Positions 1 to 9,913 of a stretch of 64,000 bases of DNA are shown piece after piece (position 1 is the stretch's first letter; the number at the start of each line of letters is the position of its first letter). The DNA lies in the NCBI GenBank assembly GCA_038740615.1, contig JAVYLQ010000001.1:19157-83156 (forward strand), written 5' to 3'. Under the pieces are notes generated by a model that was given only the letters and a program-made list of their open reading frames with translations, did no database searches and was not told the DNA's origin. A program made the position numbers and the translations under genes. The DNA comes from Candidatus Anstonellales archaeon (GTDB taxonomy: Archaea > Micrarchaeota > Micrarchaeia > Anstonellales > J096).

Positions 1-1070
1 ACTTTGCTCACACTTATCCTATCATACCCATTATCTCTTAAGACGTTCACTATTTTCTGGACATACTCTTGTGTAGTGAATATGATTGGATTTGGCCCGG
101 CATCAAAAGAATAAGCTGCTATATTTCTCCCATGATTCTGGTTGAGTTCAATTATCAACTCCGCTACTCTATGGCTAGCATCATTCATATATACTATTCT
201 TGGATAACTCCTAAGCATCGATGAGTGTAGTCCATCAGATGCTTTCATAGTCAATTCCCAAACTCTAGGATAATCTTTACTTCTCATAGCACTGATTAGA
301 TGAGGTAATAGAATATATTCCTCGTATTTAACCCAATCCCAATACAGAGGATCTGTCCTGGTAGTTATCTCCATCCCCTCTCTACTACTAATATTTTTCT
401 TAGCTGAATTAACAGTAACGATTATTATTCTTAGATCATCCAGTTCTTCAGCCGGTATTAATGATTCTGCATAGCTACTTTTCAGTATCACATCACGATC
501 AAATCCCAACTGAGAGTAGTTTCTGAGTTGGTACATATCAAATCCTCTATACCAAACCACGAATCCTCCTGATGATGGAATGCTTCTAGATGCAGAACCA
601 GATAGCTGTGCAGCATATATAGATAGAGTTCTCTCATCTAAATTTTGAAACTCTGGAATTACTTTATAGAATGCATATGCTAGCGCAGAGAATCCAGAGG
701 CAGATGATGCTAATCCTGCTCCTGTAGGGAAGTCATTCGCAGATCGTATTTTATAATTATATTTATACAAACTACTCAAACCAGATACAATTGCTAGATT
801 TCTAATAAACTCTTCCACATTACTCCATTCCTTAGAATTTTGGCTAATCTTCTCCCCATCTAGATAGAATTCAAGTAATTTTCCACTACCATTAGGAATT
901 ATGGTAAGCTCAGTAATAGTTTTGTAGCTATCAGCTATAAGAGATGCTGAAGATTTTGTAGGGTATCTGGGAATATCTAGATCCCCTATTATCTCCTTTG
1001 GCATAACTCCCCAATACTTAACCAGAGCTAGATTGGGATGAGATAATACATAAACGGTCTTCTCAGTCAT
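1..1070 (-). CDS. mvaD: Diphosphomevalonate decarboxylase (3' end runs off the window)
   Basis: Hand translation from ATG at 1070: PNLALVKYWG, DFPTGAGLASSASG (GHMP motif), SGSASRS, KKNISSREGM, YSFDAGPN. Not in the ORF track because it is open-ended. Confidence 0.9.
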   Translation of the reverse strand, partial: MTEKTVYVLSHPNLALVKYWGVMPKEIIGDLDIPRYPTKSSASLIADSYKTITELTIIPNGSGKLLEFYLDGEKISQNSKEWSNVEEFIRNLAIVSGLSSLYKYNYKIRSANDFPTGAGLASSASGFSALAYAFYKVIPEFQNLDERTLSIYAAQLSGSASRSIPSSGGFVVWYRGFDMYQLRNYSQLGFDRDVILKSSYAESLIPAEELDDLRIIIVTVNSAKKNISSREGMEITTRTDPLYWDWVKYEEYILLPHLISAMRSKDYPRVWELTMKASDGLHSSMLRSYPRIVYMNDASHRVAELIIELNQNHGRNIAAYSFDAGPNPIIFTTQEYVQKIVNVLRDNGYDRISVSK

Positions 1071-1113
1071 GTGTTAGTATTCTATAAATAAGATTATAAA
1101 GAGCTATGTTATA

Positions 1114-1201
1114 TCCCGTCGGAGGGATTTGAACCCCCAACCTCCCGGTAACAACGATTTCCTCACTACAGCCGGGCGCTCTACCGTTGAGCTACGACGG
1201 G
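1114..1201 (-). tRNA. tRNA-Tyr(GTA) with 16-nt intron at position 37/38 (intron 1150-1165)
   Basis: Reverse complement folds as a cloverleaf: CCCGTCG/CGACGGG acceptor stem, C1-G72 and A73 (archaeal Tyr identity), CCCGG-CTGTAG-[intron]-A-CCGGG, TTCAAAT T-loop. No encoded CCA. Confidence 0.93.
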
Positions 1202-1209
1202 TCTGTTTG

Positions 1210-1235
1210 TTTTATAAGTACATGTTTTTTAAAAT
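1210..1235. promoter_or_regulatory. TATA-like boxes between divergent tRNA-Tyr and mscS
   Basis: TTTATAA at 1211-1217 and TTTAAA at 1228-1233; the latter is about 24-26 nt from both starts. Confidence 0.55.
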
Positions 1236-1257
1236 CTAACTCTGGATAGATAAACTC

Positions 1258-2340
1258 ATGTTGACTGAGATATATTCAATACTTAAGATAGAAATATTTG
1301 GCAATACTGTTGAACAATATCTCCTATTTTTTATAAGTCTATTTGTCCTGACTACTATATTCAGAATATTCAAAGAGGTGATATTAGTATCTCTAAGGAA
1401 AATAGCTGAAAGATCAACAACGAAATATGATAACTATCTTATAGATGCAATCTCAGAGCTAAAATGGCCATTTTATACTTGGATATCATTACATCTCTCG
1501 CTTCAGGTTCTTACTCTACCCAAATCATTCAGTATTTTCTTAGATATTCTAGCTATTATAATGATAGCTTACTATATATCAAAAGCTCTATTGAAATTCA
1601 TAGAATTAGTAATTAAAGATTGGAATTCCAGAGCAGATCCTGAAGATAGAGTTGAGGATAATGTTATAGATCTTGTTGTAAATGTGGTTAGGATTGTTAT
1701 AATAGTATTTGCCATAGTAACAGTACTAACGAATCTGGGGATAGATACAACTGCATTAATAACAGGATTGGGAATTGGGGGTCTTGCAGTTGCATTTGCA
1801 TTTCAGCGTATAATGGAGGATATCTTTGCCTTTTTCATGATACATATAGATAAACCTATAAAGAAAGGGGAATTTATAGTTGTGGGGAATTATGCAGGTA
1901 CTGTTGAGAGAATTGGACTCAAATCTACCAGATTGAGATCTAGAAGTGGAGAAGAGATTGTAGTATCAAACAAAGATCTATTGAATTCTTGGATCAATAA
2001 TTTTGGTAGGATGAGTGAGAGAAGGTATCTACTTAGAATAGGTGTTACGTATGACACTCCTGCCGATAAGTTGGAGAGAATTCCTAAAATACTAGAAGAG
2101 GAAATAATCCGAGCTAGCAACGAACTGAAGATCAATCGAATTCACTTTGTATCATATGGGGATTTCAGTTTGATATTTGAAGCTTATATTTCAATATATA
2201 AGGTTGATTATGTAGAATATTTGAATGTAGTTCAACAGATCAATCTGAATATAAAAAGGAGATTTGATCAGGAAGGAATATCATTCGCATTCCCTAGTCA
2301 ATCTATATATATAGAGAAGATGCCTAAGGAAAAGATTTAA
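1258..2340 (+). CDS. mscS: Small-conductance mechanosensitive channel (MscS family)
   Basis: TM helices, GLGIGGLAVAFAFQ pore helix, GTVERIGLKST, GISFAFP motifs. Confidence 0.9.
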   Translation: MLTEIYSILKIEIFGNTVEQYLLFFISLFVLTTIFRIFKEVILVSLRKIAERSTTKYDNYLIDAISELKWPFYTWISLHLSLQVLTLPKSFSIFLDILAIIMIAYYISKALLKFIELVIKDWNSRADPEDRVEDNVIDLVVNVVRIVIIVFAIVTVLTNLGIDTTALITGLGIGGLAVAFAFQRIMEDIFAFFMIHIDKPIKKGEFIVVGNYAGTVERIGLKSTRLRSRSGEEIVVSNKDLLNSWINNFGRMSERRYLLRIGVTYDTPADKLERIPKILEEEIIRASNELKINRIHFVSYGDFSLIFEAYISIYKVDYVEYLNVVQQINLNIKRRFDQEGISFAFPSQSIYIEKMPKEKI

Positions 2341-2366
2341 AAATATTTTGTATAAATAGAACAACA

Positions 2367-2479
<113 letters not shown>

Positions 2480-2509
2480 CTTTTTAAGATTATTCTATAT
2501 AGAACTATT

Positions 2510-3724
2510 ATGTTAGGAACTTCTGGAATCAGAGGTAAATACGGGGAAAAGATCACTCCTAGTCTGATCTATAGAGTTTCCAACCAGTTTGCTCAAGATC
2601 ACAAGAGAATCTATATAGGACATGATATAAGAGATAGTTCACCAGCTCTATACTATTCTGCTGTTTCCGGAGCTTTAGCTAGTGGGGCAGAAGTATATAT
2701 GATTGATACCGTGCCAACTGGAATAATGGGATTCAGTTATCCTGGAATTATGATAACTGCTTCACACAATCCCGAAGAGGATAATGGGATCAAGTTTTTC
2801 AGAGATGGAAGAGAAATTACAAAGGAAGAAGGGGAGTTTTTAAACAGAGAGATTATAGAGAGCAAACATGGGATAATTGTTCAGGATTATCAGAACATCA
2901 TTTATGAGAGATATCTTGCTGCTCTCGAGGAGAGTTTTGAATTTGATTTCAGCATAGAACCTATAGATCTTAACTCTTCTGCGTATACTTTTTTCAACTA
3001 CTACATCCAAAGAACCAGAATAAGATTAAGATTGATAGATAATGTTCCATACTTTTTGAGGAAGAGTGAACCAATTCAACAGAATGTGAAAATCGATAGA
3101 GGCTTCATGCTAGATGGGGATGGTGATAGAGTAGTTCTAGTTAGAAATGGAAATATAGTTGATGGAGATCGAATGTTTGCAGGTATGGCAAAATATATGA
3201 ACGAAACTAGAGGCACAGATGTGTTAGCAGTTACTGTTGAATGTCCTATAGCCATCAAAAATTTCCTAAGCGAATATTACAAAATACACGTTACACCAGT
3301 AGGATCTAATTATATCTCTAGTATCCTAATGAATTATAAGGATAGAGGATTTGGAGGGGAGCCAAATGGCCATTATATCATACCAAAATTCAATTTGGTT
3401 AGTGATGGAATTGGTGGAATGGCCCTTATCACTGAGATGTTGAAAAGAGAATATCCATTACCAGATATATCCTATAGAGTGATAAGAAAGAAGTATCCTG
3501 TATCTGATAAAATAGAGACTATGAAAAGAATAAAATCTAAGCTAAACGGTGAATATCTGGAGATTGACGGGATTCTGATAGAAACAGAGGATATTAAAAT
3601 ATTGATTCGACCTAGTGGTACAGAGAGCATTTTAAGATTAACTGTAGAAGCTCCTCCTGATAAGATAGATGAGATTTTGGATAAATATGAGAGTATAATT
3701 CTAGAAAGTATTAAAAATCCATAG
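2510..3724 (+). CDS. Phosphoglucosamine mutase / phosphohexomutase family
   Basis: GTSGIRG, ITASHNP, DGDGDR, GGEPNGH, IRPSGTE. Start moved to ATG 2510 because the track start lies inside the 5S rRNA. Confidence 0.9.
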   Translation: MLGTSGIRGKYGEKITPSLIYRVSNQFAQDHKRIYIGHDIRDSSPALYYSAVSGALASGAEVYMIDTVPTGIMGFSYPGIMITASHNPEEDNGIKFFRDGREITKEEGEFLNREIIESKHGIIVQDYQNIIYERYLAALEESFEFDFSIEPIDLNSSAYTFFNYYIQRTRIRLRLIDNVPYFLRKSEPIQQNVKIDRGFMLDGDGDRVVLVRNGNIVDGDRMFAGMAKYMNETRGTDVLAVTVECPIAIKNFLSEYYKIHVTPVGSNYISSILMNYKDRGFGGEPNGHYIIPKFNLVSDGIGGMALITEMLKREYPLPDISYRVIRKKYPVSDKIETMKRIKSKLNGEYLEIDGILIETEDIKILIRPSGTESILRLTVEAPPDKIDEILDKYESIILESIKNP

Positions 3725-3737
3725 CTGATATTAAAAC

Positions 3738-5561
3738 ATGCGTCTCCTACTACTGCATTCTGAGCATATAGAAGTAATTCCAAAGGAGAAGGCTGTTGAA
3801 ATTTTTGATGAACCAGAGAGAGTAGATTTAGATAATGTTCTAGTTGTTTTTGTATCTGTGGAAAGAGGAGATCTAGAAGAATATTTGGATAGAGCAGTTG
3901 ATGATATTCTATCACATCTGAAAGCTATTGATGCTAAAAACATTCTCATATATCCATATGTACATCTGACGAATGATCCAGAGAGTCCAGTCAGAGCTAG
4001 AGAACTAACAAACAGATTGTATGAGCTATTAAAAGGGTATGTGGAAAATATATATAGAGCCCCATTTGGATGGTATAAAGAATTCAAGATTCATGTTTAT
4101 GGACACCCATTATCTGAACTGAGCAAGACTTATAGGAAAGATACTGAATATATATCAAAATCTCTTAAACAAGAATCAAATATCAAATCTAGATTTGTGA
4201 TACTCTGGAGAGATAGAATCTACGAAATATCTGAATTTGATTTCCAAAAATTCCCTAATTTCAAGAAGCTAGTTGATTATGAAACAAAGAAAGTGAGAAC
4301 CTATGAATCTGAACCAGTACACATAGAATTAATGCAAAGACTCAAGTTAGCTAGCCATGAACCAGCAAGTGATGCTGGTAATATGAGATATTATCCTAGA
4401 GGAAGATTGATAAAGAAGATTCTAGAGAGAATGGTTAGTGAATATTGTATAAACGACGGTGCTCATGAGGTTGAAACTCCTATAATGTATGATTACAACC
4501 ATCCAAGTCTAGAGAAATATTTGAATAGATTCCCAGCTAGACAGTACACTGTATTATCTGATCAGAAGAGATATTTTCTGAGATTTGCAGCATGCTTTGG
4601 GCAGTTTCTCATAGCCCATGATACTCATATAAGCTACAAACAACTACCTCTGAAGCTATATGAATTAACTAGATACTCATTCAGAAGAGAACAGAGTGGA
4701 GAAGTTACAGGTCTGAAGAGATTAAGGGCATTCACCATGCCAGATATGCATACTTTAGTGAGTGATATGGATATGGCTAAGAGTGAATTTCTGCACCAGC
4801 TAGAATTATCCAAAAGATTGATGCAAGAATTGGATTTATATGATCACATAGAAATTGCATTCAGAGCTCAAGAAGAGTTCTTCAACCAGAATAGAGATTT
4901 CTATAGATCTGTGCAGGAGATTGTTGGAGACCGACCAATATTGCTAGAATTGTTCGATCAGAGATATGCATACTTTATAACAAAATTTGAGTTTAATTTT
5001 ATTGATAGTAAGGATAAAGCTGCATCACTATCCACAGTTCAGATCGATATTGAAAATGCAGAGACTTATGATATAAGGTATGTAGATAGTGATGGTAATT
5101 ATAAAAAACCTATTATATTACATGCGAGCCTATCTGGGGCAATAGAGAGAGTGATATTTGCAATACTGGAGAGAGAAGGTATGAAAATTGCTAAGGGCGG
5201 AAAAGGCGAATTTCCCATGTTTCTAGCACCTATTCAAGTTAGGATAATACCTGTTAGTAAGGATTATTTGGATTATGCTATTAAAATACATAATGAGATC
5301 TCACATATATTCAGAACTGATGTAGATGATCGGGAGGAGAGTGTAGCTAAGAAAATAAGAGAGGCTCAAATGGAATGGATACCAGTTATAATTGTTGTTG
5401 GTAAAGAAGAGATGGAGAGTGGAATGATAAGCGTTAGTACACGAGATGGGAAGAGATTCCATACAACTGTAAACGAGTTTATAAAAACCTATTCTAAGAA
5501 TCTGAAATACACAGAGAGTCTAAATATGCCATATCTGATAAGTAAGAGGGGTGATCTATGA
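3738..5561 (+). CDS. thrS: Threonine-tRNA ligase, archaeal type with N-terminal editing domain
   Basis: IYPYVHL, APFGWYKEF, GHPLSELS editing domain; RFAACFG, FRREQSGE, FTMPDMH catalytic motifs. Confidence 0.96.
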   Translation: MRLLLLHSEHIEVIPKEKAVEIFDEPERVDLDNVLVVFVSVERGDLEEYLDRAVDDILSHLKAIDAKNILIYPYVHLTNDPESPVRARELTNRLYELLKGYVENIYRAPFGWYKEFKIHVYGHPLSELSKTYRKDTEYISKSLKQESNIKSRFVILWRDRIYEISEFDFQKFPNFKKLVDYETKKVRTYESEPVHIELMQRLKLASHEPASDAGNMRYYPRGRLIKKILERMVSEYCINDGAHEVETPIMYDYNHPSLEKYLNRFPARQYTVLSDQKRYFLRFAACFGQFLIAHDTHISYKQLPLKLYELTRYSFRREQSGEVTGLKRLRAFTMPDMHTLVSDMDMAKSEFLHQLELSKRLMQELDLYDHIEIAFRAQEEFFNQNRDFYRSVQEIVGDRPILLELFDQRYAYFITKFEFNFIDSKDKAASLSTVQIDIENAETYDIRYVDSDGNYKKPIILHASLSGAIERVIFAILEREGMKIAKGGKGEFPMFLAPIQVRIIPVSKDYLDYAIKIHNEISHIFRTDVDDREESVAKKIREAQMEWIPVIIVVGKEEMESGMISVSTRDGKRFHTTVNEFIKTYSKNLKYTESLNMPYLISKRGDL

Positions 5562-6091
5562 AGATAATTTTGATTACTGGAAAGAGAGGAGCTGGTAAAA
5601 GCGAATTAGCTAAATTACTATCATCTAGAATACCTGTATATGAAATGTCCGATTATGTATACAGAGAGATGCGAAAAGCTGGTATAGATAGATTTGATGC
5701 AATTACAGTAGGAGAATTTGCTAAGAGATTGAGAATTGAGAGGGGAAATGATATTGTGGCAAAATTGTTGTGGGAGGATATTAGAGGATTGGATATAGTG
5801 GTTATATCTGGAGCACGTTCACCAGAAGAGGTTGAATTTTTTAGGAAGAATGCCGATGTTCTGGTTATAAAAGTGGATGCTCTTCCAGAAATTAGATATC
5901 ACAGAATATTACAGAGAGCTAGACCTGGTGATGTGAAAAGTTTTGATGATTTTATTAAAAAGGAGAGGTTAGATGAAGAACTTGGAGTGGGAACTATACT
6001 AGAGGATATCATAATAGATAATAATCACGACCTAGGTGTGTTCAGATTGAAAGTAGAGAATCTGCTAAAATTCATTCTAGATCGTTCCTGA
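5558..6091 (+). CDS. P-loop nucleotide kinase-like protein (UPF0200 / dephospho-CoA kinase-like)
   Basis: GKRGAGKS Walker A, ISGARSPEEVEFFR, RxRxGD lid; ATGA overlap with thrS and a GGTGA SD. Confidence 0.7.
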   Translation: MKIILITGKRGAGKSELAKLLSSRIPVYEMSDYVYREMRKAGIDRFDAITVGEFAKRLRIERGNDIVAKLLWEDIRGLDIVVISGARSPEEVEFFRKNADVLVIKVDALPEIRYHRILQRARPGDVKSFDDFIKKERLDEELGVGTILEDIIIDNNHDLGVFRLKVENLLKFILDRS

Positions 6092-6881
6092 AGCATACTT
6101 CTACAGAAGCATTACATCTGAAGGGAGAATTGATAGTTATCTGAAAAGGTAATGATATCTTTCCGATCATATTACGTTGATCCACAGGGATGAGAGTGTG
6201 ATTAGAGATAATATTAATATTCACAATACTGCAATCTCCATCTAATATCTTTATATGAACAGTGGGATCCTGAGGAACAGTATAATTCGTTTTCCCTATA
6301 TCATATGTAAATACATACCCTTCAATTAGTTCTGTGTTTATATTTTGGCATGTGGCTGAGACTAACATAGTGACATAAAGCATATTGTCCTTACAGAACA
6401 CGCCTATACCCACATTCTCCATAATATCGTTGAGTATTAATCTCCTGTGTCCTACACTAGTTAGCCAACCCGTAACTACTCTCCTAGAATTCTGCAGATA
6501 ATCACTATTACAATTAATATTCTCCAAATAGATTATATTCTCTCCAGCTGAGAAAAACATATATCTATTATCTAGTAATCTCATAGCTACATCTCTACCT
6601 TCCTTATCAATATGACCAAAAAAGTTTTCATAGTACATCCTCTTAGCATACAATCTGGCGATATATCCTAATCTGTTATCGTATTTATATGGACTTAGAT
6701 TGGATTCCAATCTAACTCTATTTATATGTTGAAATATAATATACTCAAATTCAGTAGGAGGTGGGTAATCCAATTTTCTAAAAATACTATCTGATTTCTG
6801 ATCCTGGATTTTACCTATACAACCCGAAAGAAAGAGTAAAAAACTAATCAGTAGAAATCTCAAAAGGTGGGCGAGTCTCAT
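6072..6881 (-). CDS. CAP/SCP-domain secreted (lipo)protein
   Basis: Hydrophobic N-terminus ending LSGC; INRVR, FFGH, AGENI, GWLTSVGHRRLIL, VGIGV. Start uncertain. Confidence 0.8.
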   Translation of the reverse strand: MRLAHLLRFLLISFLLFLSGCIGKIQDQKSDSIFRKLDYPPPTEFEYIIFQHINRVRLESNLSPYKYDNRLGYIARLYAKRMYYENFFGHIDKEGRDVAMRLLDNRYMFFSAGENIIYLENINCNSDYLQNSRRVVTGWLTSVGHRRLILNDIMENVGIGVFCKDNMLYVTMLVSATCQNINTELIEGYVFTYDIGKTNYTVPQDPTVHIKILDGDCSIVNINIISNHTLIPVDQRNMIGKISLPFQITINSPFRCNASVEVCFRNDLE

Positions 6882-6996
6882 CTGGCAACTTATACCATAT
6901 TCGGTATACATCGAATTTTAACTGTTCAACATTATCAACATCTTCTATTTTCTTTCTCTCAAGCCTAAAATCCTTAAGAGGAGAGTATTTCATCAT
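6844..6996 (-). CDS. Putative divergent RNA polymerase subunit Rpo12 (P), 50 aa, no Cys
   Basis: Hand-found ORF MMKYSPLKDFRLERKKIEDVDNVEQLKFDVYRIWYKLPDETRPPFEISTD; ATGA-coupled to rpl37ae at the usual rpoP position; YRIWYK...ISTD resembles the Rpo12 C-terminus. Confidence 0.55.
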   Translation of the reverse strand: MMKYSPLKDFRLERKKIEDVDNVEQLKFDVYRIWYKLPDETRPPFEISTD

Positions 6997-7220
6997 CTCT
7001 CACCCAACATCTTTAGAACAAATTCTCCTATCTCCGTGTATGGTGTATAAGCACCTCCTGCCATTTTAAATCCACATTTCTTACATTCCCATATACTAAA
7101 TGAGACCCTACGTAATGTTTTTGAATGACATTTTGGACATTCATACTTAGCTCTTTGCTTAACTATGATCTCATTATAGAGTGTTCTTATTTTTTTACCA
7201 TATCTATTTGTCTTTAACAT
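6993..7220 (-). CDS. rpl37ae: 50S ribosomal protein L37ae (eL43)
   Basis: RYGKKIR, CPKC...WECKKCG...AGGAY; GGTGAG SD before ATG 7220. Confidence 0.95.
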   Translation of the reverse strand: MLKTNRYGKKIRTLYNEIIVKQRAKYECPKCHSKTLRRVSFSIWECKKCGFKMAGGAYTPYTEIGEFVLKMLGER

Positions 7221-7992
7221 CTTTCTCACCCAACACTCTATTTAATATCTTAGGTCTATTTTTTAAAGCTATTTCTATCATTTCGTCCAATTCATCTCTA
7301 TTCAAACTTCCATTTCCCATTTTCTGGATCCCAACTATATTGTCATCTCTATCTATTGCTATACTCACTAGCACATCTGCCAATTCAGATTCCATATGTG
7401 TGGGATCTAGTAATATAACATCTTCTATTTTTGCAAATGTGCTTGATATAACATGATTCTGAATGAAATTGTCCTGAACAAATTCATCTCTATTCAGCTT
7501 ATCATTTTCGATCTTTGGGATTCTTATGTTGCTGAGTGCAGCCATACCAGCCAAATAACTAGCATCAATAGCATTACCATCATAATCTATAACATACATA
7601 TCTAGAAATACAGTATAACCCTTTTTAGCCTCCAGAGCTAATTTACCCAGATTCAACACTTCTGCACTTCTGAAACCTCTATCGACAATTCTAGATAACT
7701 CAATACCTCTCTCATCAGGAGGACCACTAACAAAACTCTCATGGGCTATAGGGGATAAATCTACATTCACTATAAAATTTCCTTTATTATCTTCGAATAG
7801 ATCGCCGTATTCTATTTTTATTCCGGCTACGACCAGAGTATCCCCCAGTCTTGCTATCGCTGATCCTTCTGCAGTTTTTATTACATCATGTTTTATAGCA
7901 ATCTCTCTATACTGATCAGCTTTTCTCCCATCAATCCTCTTTCTATAATTCTTATAGTACTCTAAAAATGTCTCTCTTGAATAATGAATCAT
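7204..7992 (-). CDS. rrp42: Exosome subunit Rrp42
   Basis: RIDGR, AEGSA, GPPDE, DYDGNAIDA, DPT; follows rrp41. Confidence 0.93.
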   Translation of the reverse strand: MIHYSRETFLEYYKNYRKRIDGRKADQYREIAIKHDVIKTAEGSAIARLGDTLVVAGIKIEYGDLFEDNKGNFIVNVDLSPIAHESFVSGPPDERGIELSRIVDRGFRSAEVLNLGKLALEAKKGYTVFLDMYVIDYDGNAIDASYLAGMAALSNIRIPKIENDKLNRDEFVQDNFIQNHVISSTFAKIEDVILLDPTHMESELADVLVSIAIDRDDNIVGIQKMGNGSLNRDELDEMIEIALKNRPKILNRVLGEKDVKDK

Positions 7993-8693
7993 ATATATCT
8001 CACCAGATCATTGCTCAGCTCTTTAGAATATCTTCTTGTAAAAGCATCTCTGATTAGATTTTCGAAAAACTCTCTTTTCGATCGAACCATTTCAATAGCG
8101 CTCTTCAATTCTTCATAACTTATCTTCCCATCAAGTTGTAGTAATAATATATCGCCTTTCCTAGTAATGCATATAGGTATATCTCCTTGACCTAGATTAT
8201 CTTCCTCCTTGGATAGATCCAACACGATCTCATTATTCACCTTACCTGCAGATATTCCATAACCTATATCTCTAAGAGCTATACCCGCATCTATTAATGC
8301 TGCAACCGCAGCTACAAAAGATGCTACTCTTGTACCTCCTTCAGCCTGTAAAACTAGTATCTGTACTTCTATCAGACCACCAGGATATCTATCTACTAGT
8401 ATCAAATTAGATAGAGCTTCCCTTAAAACTTTTGAAATCTCCACAGCTCTCCTATTTGGAACGTATTTGCCATGCTCCTCCAGAGAACAGAATGTCGCCA
8501 TTCTGTATTCTACCTTAATAATAGCTCTCTCAAGATTCTCTATAGCCGGAGGTGCCTCCTCAGGGCCATATACACCTACAAGTATCTTATTCATTCCCCA
8601 TTCGATATATGCAGATCCCTTAGCATTTCTTAAAATCCCAACTTCCAACTTAATATTCCTCAATTCATCTTTCTGTCTACCATCAGATCTCAT
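7989..8693 (-). CDS. rrp41: Exosome catalytic subunit Rrp41
   Basis: RSDGR..ELR, AKGSA, VYGP, RRAVEIS, EGGTR, LDLSKEED. Confidence 0.94.
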   Translation of the reverse strand: MRSDGRQKDELRNIKLEVGILRNAKGSAYIEWGMNKILVGVYGPEEAPPAIENLERAIIKVEYRMATFCSLEEHGKYVPNRRAVEISKVLREALSNLILVDRYPGGLIEVQILVLQAEGGTRVASFVAAVAALIDAGIALRDIGYGISAGKVNNEIVLDLSKEEDNLGQGDIPICITRKGDILLLQLDGKISYEELKSAIEMVRSKREFFENLIRDAFTRRYSKELSNDLVRYI

Positions 8694-9214
8694 CTACCAT
8701 CACCAAAATTCTTCATGATATAATCTGTAAGCCCTCTTATATGAGCTCTCTTAACAATAGTGTTTATTATATCAATAGCACGACTAAAATCACCTCTTCC
8801 TATCCAGATGATCCCATTCCTACCTACTTCTAGCTTGCTGTTGGATAATTTTTCTATAAGCTTAAGCATTTCCCCTTTTGATCCTACAATCCTACCAACT
8901 TTGGATTCTGGAACTCTATAGATAACACCATTACGCAATAATCTAACATTCTCTAGAGTCTCTCCAGTTTGGGATACAACTCCTATAACATAATCTCCTA
9001 TGTTTAATCTTATCTCCAAACCTCTGATCATAATACTCATAGCATAGAATGAAGAGATATCTACAATATATGCTACATTCTTCTTCTCAGCAATTATTTT
9101 ACCTATAACCACATCCTTAGGTTTAGGGATATATACAGTTTCTATAGCCGCATCTATGCCCTCTAAGTGTAAGTTATATATATTCTCCATATCTCCTGGT
9201 AGAATTACTCTCAT
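8690..9214 (-). CDS. rrp4: Exosome RNA-binding subunit Rrp4 (short N-terminal domain)
   Basis: YIPKPKDVVIG S1 domain start, KVGRIVGSKG KH domain, GRNGIIW, AHIRGLTD. Confidence 0.88.
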   Translation of the reverse strand: MRVILPGDMENIYNLHLEGIDAAIETVYIPKPKDVVIGKIIAEKKNVAYIVDISSFYAMSIMIRGLEIRLNIGDYVIGVVSQTGETLENVRLLRNGVIYRVPESKVGRIVGSKGEMLKLIEKLSNSKLEVGRNGIIWIGRGDFSRAIDIINTIVKRAHIRGLTDYIMKNFGDGR

Positions 9215-9913
9215 CTAATCTTTCACCTTTAGCAGTTTGCTCTCCACTTTACCTCCAGATAATTTGTTTAATCTATCGTAAAACTCTCCCTGGAGGCCAG
9301 CTAGTAGCTCTATATGAGCTACAATTGATCCATCGTTTGATTCCTCTAATTTAAGGGGGTTTAGAGATTTGATATAACCGTATACTTTGTAAGCGACATC
9401 TGCGGGAACTCTAATCTCGATAATTACTGATGCCATTTTGATAGGTAGTATTTTTCTTAATTGCTCTAGAATCTCCTTGGCTTGCTGCTCAACTGGTTTG
9501 AACGGATCTATGTTATATTTTATATTATTCATTGCATTCTCTATTCTAAGAGGTGGTATGGGCAGATTTGTCTGTCCATCAATACAGTTCTTGGCTAGAA
9601 AATCTATTATTTGCTTCCTTTTCTTCTCAACCATCTTTCTTCTCTGTTCAGTAGTTAACTGTACTTCCCCTTTCTCCAAGATTGTCTTAAGTATTATCTG
9701 TATATCATCTGTACCAAATGCCTTCTTTATATTACTAGGTGATTGACGCTCACCCTTTTTGAAATTCTTATAAACTTCCTCTACTACCAATATATTATTT
9801 AGATCTTTTTTTGTACCTTCTAGGTAGGCATATGTCTTATCAGGATCTAGCAATACCTCAAAGTGTTCTCCCCCTATTACAATTCTTCCTATAATGGCTT
9901 TATTAAGATCCAT
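9215..9913 (-). CDS. Ribosome maturation factor SBDS
   Basis: GEHFEVL, AFGTDD, GEVQLTTEQRR, PIPPLRIENAM. Confidence 0.95.
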   Translation of the reverse strand: MDLNKAIIGRIVIGGEHFEVLLDPDKTYAYLEGTKKDLNNILVVEEVYKNFKKGERQSPSNIKKAFGTDDIQIILKTILEKGEVQLTTEQRRKMVEKKRKQIIDFLAKNCIDGQTNLPIPPLRIENAMNNIKYNIDPFKPVEQQAKEILEQLRKILPIKMASVIIEIRVPADVAYKVYGYIKSLNPLKLEESNDGSIVAHIELLAGLQGEFYDRLNKLSGGKVESKLLKVKD

